Shown one piece after another: positions 61,430 through 64,000 of a stretch of 64,000 nucleotides of DNA. Within the stretch, counting starts at the first letter, position 1; every line of letters starts with the position of its first letter. Source of the stretch: Octopus sinensis (taxonomy: Eukaryota). The DNA lies in assembly GCF_006345805.1 (NCBI RefSeq), contig NC_043003.1, positions 62,372,001 through 62,436,000 on the forward strand. Reading direction: 5' to 3'. A model generated the notes under the pieces. The model was not told the origin of the DNA, did no database searches, and worked only from the letters and a program-made list of their open reading frames with translations. The position numbers were made by a program, and so were the translations under genes.

Positions 61430-61850
61430 GATGACTAAAAGAATATGATTGCAAATCTAAATGGCCAAGATGGGGTTTCTTCAATGGTCTTTGGAGTAGC
61501 ATTACTTGATAGAGTGCATAGCTTGGAGATCAGAGATGCACTCCAGCTAGAGCTACTTCTTTTCCAGATTAGATCATAACTCCTATACTACAGACATGTG
61601 GTAAGAATGTCTTGGAAAAAAGAATCACTGGGTAGATTTTAGTGGCAAAATAAACAGGCAGGTGACCCAGGGGCGACCATGAGCAAGATGGTTGGATAAC
61701 ATTCATAAAGTTGGCTCATCTCAGGGATCCAGCTGGATAAATTGGTGATGGTTGCTTCTGACTGGACCTGGTTGAAGGCGTGCCTCTTGCCCCATGACAC
61801 TCCAAGGAATAGTGGATGAAGAAGATGAGATGGGATATACAAAATGCATC
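61430..61850 (+). mobile_element. RTE (Expander/Rex3-like) LINE 3' fragment
   Basis: MTKRI.LQI.MAKMGFLQW, GVALLDRV..LEIRDALQLELLL, HVVRM, RPxxRWLDNI match the RTE C-terminus. Confidence 0.6.
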
Positions 61851-63399
61851 AACACATACATTTATGTATGAATTTGTGTATATATGCATAGATTGGACTG
61901 AGGTTATTGATGCAACTTTTCTACTTCTAGATACCCATCCTTTTGCCATCCCTGACTCTTTTTCCAAGCATGGTGGTATTTCAACATAGATGTGTTTTTG
62001 TAGAATATTGAAAAAGAATGACACTGCTTGTGTGACAGTGACACGCATTTACAACTACAATACAATGCTAAAACAAGGACACACACATATACACATACTT
62101 TCATATGCACCTATATCTTCCTTTTCTTTTTGAATTTTACCTGTCTCCTGTTTCTGCAAAACAGTTTTGCTCGAAACATAAAACACCCTTTCTTTCCATC
62201 GTTGAGTGTTTTATTAATACTTTGCGTGTATCATGTCCTCATGTCGTAGTTTTTTCTTGTCTTTTTTTTCCATTTTCTATATTAATTATATATATATACC
62301 AGCATGAATCAGCTGACAGTTTGTTTGCTGAAGTTATAAACAAGAGCCATGAACTCTTGTAAAGATTCATTAGTCTGGGGTGTTTTTGACTGATGAGACA
62401 CAAAAATGTTAAAACACTAGGTATCCCACAGTACCTTGTACAAATGAATCGAATGTGTTATGAACACACTTCATAATAAAAGATAGTTGTTCCCCTGTGA
62501 CAAAATATAACAGGGATTAGCATATTCATATTTGAATCTATTGGAACATATCAAAAATAAATATCCAAGTCATCATATAGAGTCTCACTAGTCACTGTAC
62601 CTGTGATAATTCATTTTATATTTTTATATAATATGCAATCAGATTTTCTTTTAATAAAGTAGTTGTTGATTTATCAGAAATATTTTAGTATCTGTTGGTG
62701 TATAATGGTGATTTAAAGATGTATATCTGTGTAAATTCTCTTTTGGTTGGTTGAATTTCTTGATATTTTTGATTATTGCATATATTTTTAATTGATGTTA
62801 TGTAAATGCTAATGTGATGCTATGCCAATGGGTATTATTGAAAATTCAAACAAATATGTTCCTTTCAATACAATCAACTAAACAAACGAGTTTTGTGTGC
62901 AAGCAGATTTGAGAAGGCAACTGGATATCAAAGGCCTTAACCTATCAATACATGCAATTAAGATTACTATGTGGGAATAGACAGATAATGAAAATGCATA
63001 ATAGATGGTTGATGAAACAGTACCATAGGTTGGTGGGGGCAAATGAGTATGACAGGGTTTCTGTGTTAGTGTAGCAAATATTTAATGTGGCTTGGATGTG
63101 ATATCAACATGTGTAGTCAGGCATTGTAATACTCGCTCAATGTATGCTGGCATGGGGAAAATATCTAAAATACCAGTTGTGCTGTTTGCATGTATGTGCA
63201 TGTGCACATTTACACACACACACACACACACACTAAAGATATGCCAAGAGACCCAATATGGTACCAAAGGCTATGCACATGGTAGATCAGTTCAACACTC
63301 ACTTCCTATATCTGACGTGATCAGACAGTCTTCCTAACTTCTAATTGGCTAGAATGCAGAGTCTGTGTGCCATACATTGACTTGTAGCATTTGTTCGTG

Positions 63400-63715
63400 T
63401 CAGTGAAGTCACGCAGCTTTGTGGTTAGGGTATTCAACTCATGATTATAAAGTTATGAATTTGATTCCTGGTGGTGTATTGTGTCCTTAAGCAAGACACT
63501 TTCTCTTATATTGCTCCAGTTCACTCAGCTGGCAAAAATGAGTAGTACCTGTAATTCAAAGGACCAGCCTTGTCACATTCTGTGTCACAGTGAATCTTCC
63601 TGAGAACTATGTTAATGGTATGTGTACCTGTGGAGTGCACTGCTCCTTGCATGTTAATTTCACAAGCAGGTCCCATTTCATTGATAGAATCAACTGAAAT
63701 ACTCATTGTTGTAAA
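63400..63715 (+). mobile_element. CORE-type SINE family D
   Basis: gtgtccttaagcaagacactttc...ctccagttcactcagctggcaaaaatgagtagtacctgtaattcaaagg. Homologous to 39466-39765. Confidence 0.8.
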
Positions 63716-63885
63716 TGACAGAATGCCAGTTTTCTGTGTTCATGTCACTGGGTTTTATGCTCACATTATTGATGTCTGCTAATCTTATGAAGCACGTTAT
63801 ACAAAACATTAATACTAACTTCATTTTCTGTGTTCCTTTTACACACACACATACACAAACAAATACATACATGCTTATATATATG

Positions 63886-64000
63886 CATCATCATTGACGT
63901 CGTTTAACATCTACTCTTCATGCTGGAATGGGTTGGATGGTTTGACTGAGAACTGGCAAGCCAGAAGGCTGTACCAGACTCCAATTTGATCTGGCAAAGT
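63886..64000 (-). mobile_element. RTE LINE 3' tail (runs off window end)
   Basis: catcatcattgacgtcgtttaacatctactcttcatgctggaatgggttggatgg...ccaatttgatctggca. Confidence 0.75.

Noticed and set aside
1-64000. CRISPR arrays, rRNA genes, prokaryotic operons
   Set aside because: No regularly spaced repeat-spacer array, rRNA-like segment or dense coding block was seen. The DNA is clearly eukaryotic and repeat-rich.

Overview
AT-rich, repeat-dense eukaryotic genomic DNA. Its SINE, RTE, MITE and microsatellite families match my recollection of octopus (coleoid cephalopod) genomes; that assignment is an inference and was not searched. No host protein-coding gene could be named, and nearly all track ORFs are microsatellite, antisense or transposon artefacts. 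DNA transposons: a complete but frameshifted Chapaev3-type (Transib/RAG1-related DDE) element at 30047-32290 (-) with TIRs, a TAA target duplication and a 5' UTR intron; mariner, Tc1 and maT (DD37D) relics clustered in the first 5.2 kb; piggyBac-like, hAT-like and Helitron-like non-autonomous elements; and a 406-bp foldback. Retroelements: two RTE LINE copies whose ORF carries a PHD-type C4HC3 finger after the RT; two restriction-like-endonuclease LINE 3' fragments, each sitting in a microsatellite; decayed CR1-type LINEs; and many tRNA-derived SINEs and RTE 3' tails. The least expected signal is a set of minimal type I hammerhead-ribozyme motifs: an inverted pair at 43636-43739 and single degenerate copies at 27563 and 49915. 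Two of the three loci sit in inverted-repeat structures typical of Penelope-like element ends. A chain of short + strand exons that could encode a small membrane protein is offered at low confidence only. Coordinates were read by eye and may be off by a few bases.
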